DNA of 64,000 nt. Origin: Candidatus Latescibacterota bacterium (GTDB lineage Bacteria; Latescibacterota; UBA2968). The notes beneath the pieces were generated by a model. That model saw nothing but the letters and a program-made list of their open reading frames with translations, was not told the DNA's origin and searched no databases. The stretch covers positions 4,736,001-4,800,000 of the forward strand of contig OZ242320.1 in NCBI GenBank assembly GCA_965208125.1, given 5' to 3'. Below, piece after piece: positions 50,858 to 60,526 of this stretch (positions are counted from its first letter, which is position 1; each line of letters begins with the position of its first letter). Position numbers and translations under genes: made by a program.

Positions 50858-53800
50858 ATGTGGTTCATGAAGTCTATAAATTGGAGCGTGATAACCGCTC
50901 TTAAAACCGCTCTTAAAACAGCTCTTGCCATTGTCGTATGGCTGGCGATTGGTACGGCGAAAGCAACGCCGATTATGGATCAAGTGTCGGGGCGCGTGCT
51001 GCACTTTGGCGGAACGCCTGTGGTGGATGCCCAGGTGTCCCTGTTCGATTTGACAAATCTGCGTCAGGGACCTGTAGCGCAAGCCACGACAGACGGTGCA
51101 GGTTATTTCACGCTTTCACTGGCCGGGTTGCAAAATCAGGCCGTGTTTCCCGACGGCATTGGACTGGGGCAGAACTATCCCAATCCCTTTAATCCAGCCA
51201 CGATCATTCCCTACCAGTTGGCAGAGGCATCGCATGTGCGGATCGAGGTGTTCAATGTGTTGGGACAACTCGTTGCGACGCTGGTGGATGCGGAGCAGGC
51301 GACGGGTTCTCATATTGTGCGGTGGGATGCTCGGGATGCTTCGGGACGAGGTGTGGCTGCGGGGGTGTATCTCTATCGGTTTACAGTTGGTGACATAACG
51401 CAAGTTCGCCGAATGGTTTTGCTGGACGGCAAAAAGACCACTGCGCCAATAGGTGGGACACAGGTTGAAGCAGTGCCGGGTATGGTGGATGGCCTGCCCA
51501 ATCCTATTTATGGTCTGGTGATTTCGGGACAGAATATGGTTTCCCATGTGGTGTCGGATTTCCAGTTATCTGACAGCTTCATCCCGATGGATATTGTGAT
51601 CGATGGGGTAGATATTTTGTTTGATGGGATGGAGAGCGAAAAAAGTACAAAAGTCGTAGCACAGAGCGGAATTTTAGGCGACGCAGACCTCGATGGTCAA
51701 GTTACTATCGTTGATGCGTTGCTCGTAGCCGTGTACAGTGCCAATCCCACCGCGATTTCAATTTCCAGTGACGCACATGTTGATGTAAACTGCGACGGTC
51801 AAGTCGATATTGTGGATGCCTGGCTGATAGGTAAGTACAGCGTCAATCCGAACGATCCTGATGTACGTCGTGACGCACCGAATATCGGCACATCTAACAT
51901 TTGTTCTCCTTCTGATGAGCACGGGAATAGTCGTTCTACAGCGACACAGGTATCGTCAAATAGTACGACGAATGGGCAGATTTCTCCTGTGGGCGATGTG
52001 GACTATTTTCGGGTTGACGTAGGTCGTTCTGGGACACTAATAGCTTATACGATGGGCAGTACGGATACCGAGGGCCAATTGCAGGATAGCTCAGGCAACC
52101 CCCTTAATTCCAATGATGATCATGGTGGTACAGTCAACTTCCGGGTTTCAGCATCGGTGAGTGCAGGGACATACTACATTCGGGTCCGTGGATTCAATAA
52201 TAACGAGACAGGAAGCTACACCCTGCATGTCTCTTTTAGCAGCGGCACGCCAAAGATGTATTGGGCGGACGCGGGGACGGACAAGATTCAGCGGGCGAAC
52301 CTGGATGGCAGCAGGGTGGAAGACCTCGTCACCTCTGGGTTGAACCATGTACTCAATTTGGCCCTGGACGTGGGCGGCGGCAAGATGTACTGGGCAGACC
52401 AGGGAGCGTCCAAGATTCAGCGGGCGAACTTGGACGGCAGCGGCGTGGAGGACCTCCTCACCGGATTGGACGGTCCGTACGGTCTGGCGCTGGACCTGGC
52501 CGCTGGCAAGATGTACTGGACGCAGGCGTCCAAGATTCAGCGGGCGAACCTGGACGGCAGCAGGGTGGAAGACCTCGTCACCTCCGGATTATCCCGTCCC
52601 AGCGGTTTGGCGTTGGACCTGGTCGCTGGCAAGATGTACTGGACGCAATGGAACAAGATTCAGCGGGCGAACCTGGACGGCAGCAGGGTGGAAGACCTCG
52701 TCACCTCTGGGTTGAATACTTATCGATATGGTCTGGCGTTGGACCTGGCCGCTGGCAAGATGTACTGGACGGCCTTCAACACGGGCAAGATTCAGCGGGC
52801 GAACTTAGACGGCAGCGGGGTGGAAGACCTCGTCACGGGATTGGACACACCGAACGGTCTGGCACTGGACCGAGGTGCCGGCAAGATGTACTGGACGCAA
52901 TGGGAAGGGCGAAAGATCCAGCGGGCGAACCTGGACGGCAGCAGGGTGGAGGACCTCGTCACCTCCGGATTATCCCGTCCCAACGGTTTGGTGCTGGATA
53001 CATCAGGGCGTACTTCGACTTTGGTTTTTGATAAGGCTTTCGCAGCACCAACGCGCAGCGAGAGGGTTGTTGTCAATGGCATTCAGATCGAAGCGGCCGA
53101 AAATGAAATCCTGGTGTTTCTGGATGAAGATATATCGAGTGAAGAGATAAGTGCCACACGGGCTGAAATCCTGGCTCAAGGGGGTAGGGTCAAATCGCTG
53201 AACTTCGACCTGAGGACCATTCAGGTTGGCATTACGGACGCCATTGTGGAGCAAGATTTCATCAATGAATTGTCTCGACGAGCTGGCGTATCGGGGGCAA
53301 ATGTAAATGAAGTGGTCACACCCGGTCAGGCATTCATCACGTCAAACGACCAGGGCTATCGGCAGCGGCGCACCAAGCTCGTTGATACCCACCCTTTGTT
53401 GGTGCCGCCGCCGAGTCCTGTTTCGTTTGCTGGTGATTTCTGGATTAACCAGATTGACGCCACGTCCGCTTGGGCGGCGCTATCCGATCCAGGTGTAAGG
53501 CTGGTACCAAACGCGATAGGCATTATCGATACAGGTGTTCCGAGTTCTCAGGATGTCCTGAATAGCTCGCGAATTAGTCGATATTCAGAAGAAGGCGTCA
53601 GTATGTCCGGCGACGACACATCGGATCCGCACGGATACAATGTGACGGGGTACGCGGCAGGCTACGGCAATGGACCCGACAGGCGGGGCGTGAATCCACA
53701 CAGTGACGTGGTCTTTGTTGATGTACTCGATCCTACTGGTAATGTTTATAATACGACTCTGATGTTAGGCATAAAGACCGCTATCGATAAGAGCGCGGGT

Positions 53801-55312
53801 GTTGTCAACATTTCTTGGGAATCCGGTGCTCTGCACCAGAGTCAACCCCCCTCTGTAAGGCAAGCCGTGATGCAGAAATGGCGGCGAAGCTACAATGGCG
53901 TCGTCCATTACGCACGCAGGCGAGATGTCCTTCTCGTTTGGGCATCAGGCAACCAGAGGGAAAAGCAATATGATCGCCTGCTCCCTCTCAAAAACGGTGC
54001 GATAGATGTTGCCAATACGGATTCCTGGCTCAGCCATTCACTCATTGTCGGGGCATCAACAGAATCGCAGATGGATGCGTGTTTTTCCCTCATGGGTGCG
54101 GCTGTAAATATCATGGCACCCGGAAAAGACGTGGGATTCGGCGTCAAAATCGGAGACGGGACGTCGTATGCAGCACCTATGGTAACAGGCGCAGCAGGCC
54201 TCATAAGGGCTATTGAAAGCACGATCTCGGCGGAGGAGACGCGTTCGATCCTGATTAACTCTGCGAGGAATGCGATAAGTTTCAACACAGATTGCATAGG
54301 GGAGCCTGTCGCAAGTTCACCAGCGGGCCTTTTGAACCTCGGTAGTGCGATTCAGTCGTCGCTGGTGGCCGATGGCATCGGCCTGAACATCGCGGGTAAC
54401 GTCCACCTGGCCAGAGGGCAGATGGCAAACGTGTCGATCGATGTTACAGTACCTGCGGGCGGTGTGCATGCGATTGATGTGGGGTTTGTCATTGACCAGA
54501 GCGGGAGTTATGAGGATGACATCCAAACACTCCAGAATCGGGCAACGGAGATCGTCAATAACTTCAAAGCACGTACAGATGTCGATGTGCAGTTCGGTGT
54601 CGCAGGATTTGCCGATTTTCCTCAGCCCCCTTATGGTGGTTCAGGGGATGTGCCATATCGCCTGTACCAAAGCATAACGGACGACCAGAATGCGCTCGTT
54701 GCGGCAATAGACAAACTGAATAAGCCGTTAATGTGGGGGGATGATAGTCCAGAATCACAGTACGAAGCACTATTTCGTACGGCGCGAGAAATCGGTTGGC
54801 GAGATGGTGCGTTGAGAATCCTGTTGTTGGCAACCGATGCAGACTTCCATGACTCGGATACAGAGTCGGGTTATCCTGGAACAGGGCGGACAGCCGCGCT
54901 TGCAACGCTCGAGGCGGAAAATGTCATTGTCATTGGTCTGCAAAGCGGCGATAACAGTGCGGCGGCTCAGCGCTTGCAGGAACTCGCGGATGCTACGGGG
55001 GGAAGTGTGTTGTCCCTTGATGCAGCGAGTTCGCAAATCGTCGATGCCATCGTGCGTGGCGTCGATGCCGCGCTGGCCAAGGTGGATATAACGCTTGACG
55101 TACTGGCGGGACAAAGTTGGGTCACAGGCATTACCCCGATAGTGCATCAAGACATTCGTCCGGGTGCTACGGTGAGCTTCACCGTTTCATTGCAGGGTCA
55201 ACGAGATCCATCAATAGAAGACCTCCCATACAATGTGTACCTTTGGGCACGAGGCGATGGCTCCGCGCTGTTGTCGCGCACGAAGATCCCTATCATTGTG
55301 CCTAAGGAATAG
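50858..55312 (+). CDS. Modular secreted protein F: head + PPC + 6 YWTD/LDLR-B-like repeats + S8 subtilase + vWA
   Basis: KMYW(A/T) x6; catalytic IIDTG, HGYNV, GTSYAAPMVTG; vWA DQSGSY, LLLATDA. Confidence 0.88.
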   Translation: MWFMKSINWSVITALKTALKTALAIVVWLAIGTAKATPIMDQVSGRVLHFGGTPVVDAQVSLFDLTNLRQGPVAQATTDGAGYFTLSLAGLQNQAVFPDGIGLGQNYPNPFNPATIIPYQLAEASHVRIEVFNVLGQLVATLVDAEQATGSHIVRWDARDASGRGVAAGVYLYRFTVGDITQVRRMVLLDGKKTTAPIGGTQVEAVPGMVDGLPNPIYGLVISGQNMVSHVVSDFQLSDSFIPMDIVIDGVDILFDGMESEKSTKVVAQSGILGDADLDGQVTIVDALLVAVYSANPTAISISSDAHVDVNCDGQVDIVDAWLIGKYSVNPNDPDVRRDAPNIGTSNICSPSDEHGNSRSTATQVSSNSTTNGQISPVGDVDYFRVDVGRSGTLIAYTMGSTDTEGQLQDSSGNPLNSNDDHGGTVNFRVSASVSAGTYYIRVRGFNNNETGSYTLHVSFSSGTPKMYWADAGTDKIQRANLDGSRVEDLVTSGLNHVLNLALDVGGGKMYWADQGASKIQRANLDGSGVEDLLTGLDGPYGLALDLAAGKMYWTQASKIQRANLDGSRVEDLVTSGLSRPSGLALDLVAGKMYWTQWNKIQRANLDGSRVEDLVTSGLNTYRYGLALDLAAGKMYWTAFNTGKIQRANLDGSGVEDLVTGLDTPNGLALDRGAGKMYWTQWEGRKIQRANLDGSRVEDLVTSGLSRPNGLVLDTSGRTSTLVFDKAFAAPTRSERVVVNGIQIEAAENEILVFLDEDISSEEISATRAEILAQGGRVKSLNFDLRTIQVGITDAIVEQDFINELSRRAGVSGANVNEVVTPGQAFITSNDQGYRQRRTKLVDTHPLLVPPPSPVSFAGDFWINQIDATSAWAALSDPGVRLVPNAIGIIDTGVPSSQDVLNSSRISRYSEEGVSMSGDDTSDPHGYNVTGYAAGYGNGPDRRGVNPHSDVVFVDVLDPTGNVYNTTLMLGIKTAIDKSAGVVNISWESGALHQSQPPSVRQAVMQKWRRSYNGVVHYARRRDVLLVWASGNQREKQYDRLLPLKNGAIDVANTDSWLSHSLIVGASTESQMDACFSLMGAAVNIMAPGKDVGFGVKIGDGTSYAAPMVTGAAGLIRAIESTISAEETRSILINSARNAISFNTDCIGEPVASSPAGLLNLGSAIQSSLVADGIGLNIAGNVHLARGQMANVSIDVTVPAGGVHAIDVGFVIDQSGSYEDDIQTLQNRATEIVNNFKARTDVDVQFGVAGFADFPQPPYGGSGDVPYRLYQSITDDQNALVAAIDKLNKPLMWGDDSPESQYEALFRTAREIGWRDGALRILLLATDADFHDSDTESGYPGTGRTAALATLEAENVIVIGLQSGDNSAAAQRLQELADATGGSVLSLDAASSQIVDAIVRGVDAALAKVDITLDVLAGQSWVTGITPIVHQDIRPGATVSFTVSLQGQRDPSIEDLPYNVYLWARGDGSALLSRTKIPIIVPKE

Positions 55313-55323
55313 GAATCTACGGA

Positions 55324-55692
55324 ATGAAATGGGTCATTGCTGCTGTTGTAGTGCTCGTGATCGCTTGTGCGGGCTGTTTTTTGCACACACAAGCAGAAGA
55401 ATGTGAGTACGATGGGTTGCCTGCCAAATGCGGGGAACTCATTATACACCTGAACAAAAACTATCGAACAGGTGAGTTACATCCGCTGACCGGTGATTTG
55501 CGAGACCTGATAGCAAAGGATGGAGGTAGCATCCTCTTGGACGATGTCGATCTTGGGATCTTGGTCGCAAAATTTGATAGCGACGAAGAAAAGCTGGCAC
55601 CTATTCTCGATCGCTTGCACAAACACCCGGCCGTGCGCAGTGCGGACTACAACTGGCTTTCGGTTCCATATGGAGGATTGCGCGTTGATTAG
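55324..55692 (+). CDS. Small exported protein G, subtilase propeptide-like
   Basis: Hydrophobic N-terminus with Cys; GELIIHL...LHKHPAVRSADYN resembles S8 pro-domains. Confidence 0.55.
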   Translation: MKWVIAAVVVLVIACAGCFLHTQAEECEYDGLPAKCGELIIHLNKNYRTGELHPLTGDLRDLIAKDGGSILLDDVDLGILVAKFDSDEEKLAPILDRLHKHPAVRSADYNWLSVPYGGLRVD

Positions 55693-55868
55693 AAAGATAG
55701 GGGACGCCGTATGTTCTTCCATAGCTGGAGTTTGCGCCGCGCTGTTAACTTCTTTGAGTCGATATAAGCAAGGAGACTAATAAAATGAATTGCTCTGAAT
55801 TCACTGGCTTGATTTTGCAAATTGTTGAAAGTATCTGCAGATTCTTAAGCTCTATCAAGGAGGAATCC

Positions 55869-58800
55869 ATGTGGTTCATGAAGTCTATAAATTGGAGCGT
55901 GATAACCGCTCTTAAAACAGCTCTTAAAACAGCTCTTGCCATTGTCGTATGGCTGGCGATTGGTACGGCGAAAGCAACGCCGATTATGGATCAAGTGTCG
56001 GGTCGCGTGCTGCACTTTGGCGGAACGCCTGTGGTGGATGCTCAGGTGTCCCTGTTCGATTTGAACGATCTGCGTCAGGGACCTGTAGCGCAAGCCACAA
56101 CAGACGGTGCGGGTTATTTCACGCTTTCACTGGCCGGGTTGCAAAATCAGGCCGTGTTTCCCGACGGCATTGGACTGGGGCAGAACTATCCCAATCCCTT
56201 TAATCCAGCTACGATCATTCCCTACCAGTTAGCAGAGGCATCGCATGTGCGGATCGAGGTGTTCAATGTGTTGGGACAACTCGTTGCGACGTTGGTGGAT
56301 GCGGAGCAGGCAGCGGGTTCTCATATTGTGCGGTGGGATGCTCGAGATGCTTCGGGACGAGGTGTGGCTGCGGGGGTGTATCTGTATCGGTTTACAGTTG
56401 GTGACATAACGCAAGTTCGTCGAATGGTTTTGCTGGACGGCAAAAAGACCCCTGCGCCAATAGGTGGGAGACAGGTTGAAGCAGTGTCCGGTGTGGTGGA
56501 TGGCCTGCCCAATCCTATTTATGGTCTGGTGATTTCGGGGCAGAATATGGTCTCCCATGTGGTGTCGGATTTCCAGTTATCTGACAGCTTCATCCCGATG
56601 GATATTGTGATCGATGGGGTGGATATTTTGTTTGATGGGATGGAGAGTGAAAAAAGTACAAAAGTCGTAGCACAGAGCGGAATTTTAGGTGACGCAGACC
56701 TCGATGGTCAAGTTACTATCGTTGATGCGTTGCTCGTAGCCATGTACAGTGCCAATCCCACCGCGATTTCAATTTCCAGTGACGCACATGTTGATGTAAA
56801 CTGCGACGGTCAAGTCGATATTGTGGATGCCTGGCTGATAGGTAAGTACAGCATCAATCCGAACGATTCTGATGTACGTCGTGACGCCCCGAATATCGGC
56901 ACATCTAACATTTGTTCTCCCGCGTCCCTATCGCCTGATCCATCGACAGTGACGTTTGATACCAATGGCACATGGCATCGGTTTACGATTCAATCGAGTG
57001 AGCGGGTTATTGTGGTGGCGAATCCGAGTGGCACAACCCCGCTTGTGGAGATCAGCGCCAGCAGCGGAGAGAGCAACCTTTGTCCACCCGAACAGAATGA
57101 TGAGATAACCCGCAACAACGGCGAATCCATCTACTTGTCTGGTTGTGGTTCAGGGACAGGCACAGTGGAACTGCGTCGGGCTTCGGACAATACGCTTCTC
57201 AACACCTATACCTTTTCTATCGGTGTCCAGGCGTCCCTATCGCCTGATCCATCGACAGTGATGTTTGATACCAACGGCACCTGGCATCGGTTCACGATTC
57301 AATCGAGTGAGCGGGTTATTGTGGTGGCGAATCCGAGTGGCACGACCCCGCTTGTGGAGATTACCACCACCAGCGGAGCGCGCAACCTTTGCCCAGCCGA
57401 ACAGGATGACGATTATAGCGGCAACAACGGCGAGTTCATCTACTTGTCTGGTTGTGGTTCAGGGACAGGCACAGTGGAACTGCGTCGGGCTTCGGACAAC
57501 ACAGTTCTTAATACCTATACCTTTTCTATCGGTACTGATTCTCGTGCCCCTCTTCCGACTGGTATCACATACGTCAACAACCGCTTCTATGAGGTTGATC
57601 ACGATGATGATAAGGTGTATGTGTACAACAGTTCTGGTCAGCGAGTAGCAAGTGCTGACTTCAATCTGGATAGCAATAACGGTAATCCGCAGGGTATCAC
57701 GTATGCCAACAACCGCTTCTATGTGGTTGATCACGATGATGATAAGGTGTATGTGTACAACAGTTCTGGTCAGCGAGTAGCAAGTGCTGACTTCGACCTG
57801 GATAGCAACAACGGGGATCCGATTGGTATCACATACGCCAACAACCGATTCTATGTGGTTGATTGGATAGATGATAAGGTGTATGTGTACAACAGTTCTG
57901 GGCAGCGTGTTTCAAGTGCAGACTTCAATCTGGATAGCAATAACGGTAATCCGGAGGGTATCACATACGCCAACAACAGGTTCTATGTGGTTGATTGGAT
58001 AGATGATAAGGTGTATGTGTACAACAGTTCTGGTCAGCGTGATGCGAGTGCAGACTTCAATCTGGATAGCAACAACGATATTCCGACTGGTATCACTTAT
58101 ACCAACGGCCGACTCTATGTGGCTGATAGAGACGATGATCAGATCTATAGTTACGATGTCAGTGGAGGAGGAGGTGGTGGTGGCAGTCCAGACCTGATCG
58201 TAGAATCACCCTCAGTGAGCAATAGCACCCTGACGACGGGGCAATCATTCACCCTACAAGCAACTGTCCGCAATCAGGGCACTGGTCAATCTGCTGCAAC
58301 GACCTTGCGGTATTACCAATCTGTCAATGCGACCATATCTGTAAGCGACACACGGGTAGGCAGTGCTGCGGTAGGCAGCCTGAATGCTTCGAGCAGCAGT
58401 GTGGAATCAATCAGCTTGAATGCGCCATCGAGTTCGGGTACGTATTACTACGGTGCGTGTGTTTCGTCTGTGTCTGGCGAATCGAAGACGAATAACAACT
58501 GCTCTGTTGGTGTGCGTGTCACGGTCAGTAGTGGTGGTGGAACGACCGTTACCATTCCTGATGTGAATCTTCGCGCGGTGATTACGGATAGTCTGGGCAA
58601 GGCGCGTGGTGCGCCGATCACGCGGGCTGAGATGGCGAGTTTGACGCGCCTTTCGGCACCGAACTCGAACATCAGCGATTTGACCGGACTTGAGGTTGCA
58701 ACTGGTCTGACAAGGCTGGAGCTTGGTAGAGAGTTTGTGTCTGGTAGCTGGGTCAACAGCAACGAAATATCCGACCTCTCGCCCCTATCTGGTCTAACCA

Positions 58801-59594
58801 ACTTGACATACCTCGATCTTACCTCCAACAGCATCTCGGATATATCTGCTCTGTCCAATCTGACTAATCTGACAGGGCTGTTTCTTTTCAGCAACAGTAT
58901 CTCGGATGTGTCAGCCCTGTCTAACCTGACCAACCTGACATACCTCAGTCTTAGCCGGAACAGCATCTCGGATGTGTCAGCCCTGTCTAACCTGACAAAC
59001 CTGACAGTGCTGTATCTTTACAACAACAGCATCTCGGATGTGTCAGCCCTGTCTAACCTGACAAACCTGACAGTGCTGTATCTTGACAACAACAGCATCT
59101 CGGATGTGTCAGCCCTGTCTAACCTGACTAATCTGACAGAGCTGGGGCTTCGGAACAACAGCATCTCGGATGTGTCAGCCCTGTCTAACCTGACAAACCT
59201 GACAGTGCTGTATCTTGACAACAACAGCATCTCGGATGTGTCAGCCCTGTCTAACCTGACAAACCTGACAGTGCTGTATCTTTACAACAACAGCATCTCG
59301 GATGTGTCAGCCCTGTCTAACCTGACAAACCTGACAAGGCTGTATCTTGACAACAACAACATCTCGAACATTGCACCTCTGGCCGCAAATACGGGTTTGG
59401 GCAGTGGCGATGAGGTTGATGTGAGAAACAACCCGCTGAGTGCTACATCACTCAACACGCACATTCCAACCCTTCAGGGCAGAGGAGTTAATGTGAGATT
59501 TGGATCAGGGAAGCCTGCGGTTGTTGATGAGCAAAAGCCGCGTATGGAGGGTATGCTACCGGAGGAAAGAGAATACAATCCTTTCAGGCGGTGA
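55869..59594 (+). CDS. Modular secreted protein H: head + 2x102-aa + 5 NHL-like + CARDB + internalin-like LRR
   Basis: Head module, then TIPDVNLRAVITDSLGK cap and 9 regular LRR units sharing the DNA framework of gene C. Confidence 0.88.
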   Translation: MWFMKSINWSVITALKTALKTALAIVVWLAIGTAKATPIMDQVSGRVLHFGGTPVVDAQVSLFDLNDLRQGPVAQATTDGAGYFTLSLAGLQNQAVFPDGIGLGQNYPNPFNPATIIPYQLAEASHVRIEVFNVLGQLVATLVDAEQAAGSHIVRWDARDASGRGVAAGVYLYRFTVGDITQVRRMVLLDGKKTPAPIGGRQVEAVSGVVDGLPNPIYGLVISGQNMVSHVVSDFQLSDSFIPMDIVIDGVDILFDGMESEKSTKVVAQSGILGDADLDGQVTIVDALLVAMYSANPTAISISSDAHVDVNCDGQVDIVDAWLIGKYSINPNDSDVRRDAPNIGTSNICSPASLSPDPSTVTFDTNGTWHRFTIQSSERVIVVANPSGTTPLVEISASSGESNLCPPEQNDEITRNNGESIYLSGCGSGTGTVELRRASDNTLLNTYTFSIGVQASLSPDPSTVMFDTNGTWHRFTIQSSERVIVVANPSGTTPLVEITTTSGARNLCPAEQDDDYSGNNGEFIYLSGCGSGTGTVELRRASDNTVLNTYTFSIGTDSRAPLPTGITYVNNRFYEVDHDDDKVYVYNSSGQRVASADFNLDSNNGNPQGITYANNRFYVVDHDDDKVYVYNSSGQRVASADFDLDSNNGDPIGITYANNRFYVVDWIDDKVYVYNSSGQRVSSADFNLDSNNGNPEGITYANNRFYVVDWIDDKVYVYNSSGQRDASADFNLDSNNDIPTGITYTNGRLYVADRDDDQIYSYDVSGGGGGGGSPDLIVESPSVSNSTLTTGQSFTLQATVRNQGTGQSAATTLRYYQSVNATISVSDTRVGSAAVGSLNASSSSVESISLNAPSSSGTYYYGACVSSVSGESKTNNNCSVGVRVTVSSGGGTTVTIPDVNLRAVITDSLGKARGAPITRAEMASLTRLSAPNSNISDLTGLEVATGLTRLELGREFVSGSWVNSNEISDLSPLSGLTNLTYLDLTSNSISDISALSNLTNLTGLFLFSNSISDVSALSNLTNLTYLSLSRNSISDVSALSNLTNLTVLYLYNNSISDVSALSNLTNLTVLYLDNNSISDVSALSNLTNLTELGLRNNSISDVSALSNLTNLTVLYLDNNSISDVSALSNLTNLTVLYLYNNSISDVSALSNLTNLTRLYLDNNNISNIAPLAANTGLGSGDEVDVRNNPLSATSLNTHIPTLQGRGVNVRFGSGKPAVVDEQKPRMEGMLPEEREYNPFRR
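58800..59370 (+). repeat. 66-bp LRR tandem repeat, 9 units
   Basis: Same 48-bp framework as in gene C. Confidence 0.9.
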
Positions 59595-59698
59595 AGGTAG
59601 AACTGGCGGGGTTATATTTGAGGCGTCAGGAAGCGAAGTACGCCATTGGGAAGTTGAAAGACCATTAAGTGGTTGAAATGCCTGCGTTTTTGGTTTTT

Positions 59699-59728
59699 CT
59701 GACTGCTGACTGCTGACTGCTGAGAGCT
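59699..59728. repeat. Heptamer tandem (CTGACTG)x3
   Basis: CTGACTGCTGACTGCTGACTGCTGAGAGCT next to the nuclease fragment. Confidence 0.8.
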
Positions 59729-59738
59729 AAGATGCGGT

Positions 59739-60225
59739 TCATGCGCGTGCGACTTCAAAGGCCGTGATGTTGCGGGTATTTTTGCTGAATTCTACGCCTA
59801 TAAGATGGATTGGCTGGTCAAGGCCGCGATATTTGTCTGCGTAACGCTTTTCCTGCAATTGTGCCATTGCAGCGCCTTCAGATGCCATTTCGACGACTTT
59901 GAACTCGAACAGGTAGATGTTATCGTTGAAGTGAACGGCCATGTCCAGACGACCATGGCTACTGCTGTCTTCTACGGTGATATTTAGTCCCAATCCCGCG
60001 AAATAGGAGTAGAACACGCTGGCGTAGTAGCCTTCGAAATTGGCGATGTCGTTGTTGGTGTACCATTCGTAGGGGATGCTGGCGAAGAAGGCGTGGAATA
60101 AGGTTTCCATGCCAGCAAAGTCGTTGGCTTCCAGCAAACGATACAGGCGCACAGTGTTCGCCATAAGGCGAGTTGAGTCTTTCACCAGATAGCGCAACAG
60201 GCTCTCGTTGAGGCGCGGAAGGTCT
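59739..60225 (-). pseudogene. C-terminal fragment of an AAA-ATPase/PD-(D/E)XK nuclease (PDDEXK_9-like)
   Basis: FFASIPY, EGYYASVFYSYF, GRLDM, FEFK, AMAQLQEKRYADKY, IGVEFS; no ATPase part upstream; 5' limit approximate. Confidence 0.75.
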
Positions 60226-60526
60226 GAATGCCGATGGGCAGTCTGCGTCTGGTCATGGTTTCCCTGTATTCAAAAGGTTCTACTTTGCCAGGCATTTTTC
60301 AGCGTCTTTTGCAGAAAGTATCATAAGGATGGCACTTTTGCACAACTATTTTTTTTCTTGATGTTACGCCTGTCTCGCGTTTGGGCAGAAAGCGGAAGCC
60401 TTTGCCCCTTCGCAATCGCGGTTGGATGTCCAAAAGTGCGGTTTTTAACCAGCGTGCTGTTGATTTGAATTTGTCCATCGCTTCACATTTCTGGTCCGTT
60501 GAACACTATTTACATAGGAGAATCCA

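Noticed and set aside
38473-59594. Diversity-generating retroelement as the source of variation
   Set aside because: No reverse transcriptase, Avd or non-coding template repeat is seen in the window; the variation includes indels and is not evidently adenine-restricted. A remote DGR cannot be fully excluded.
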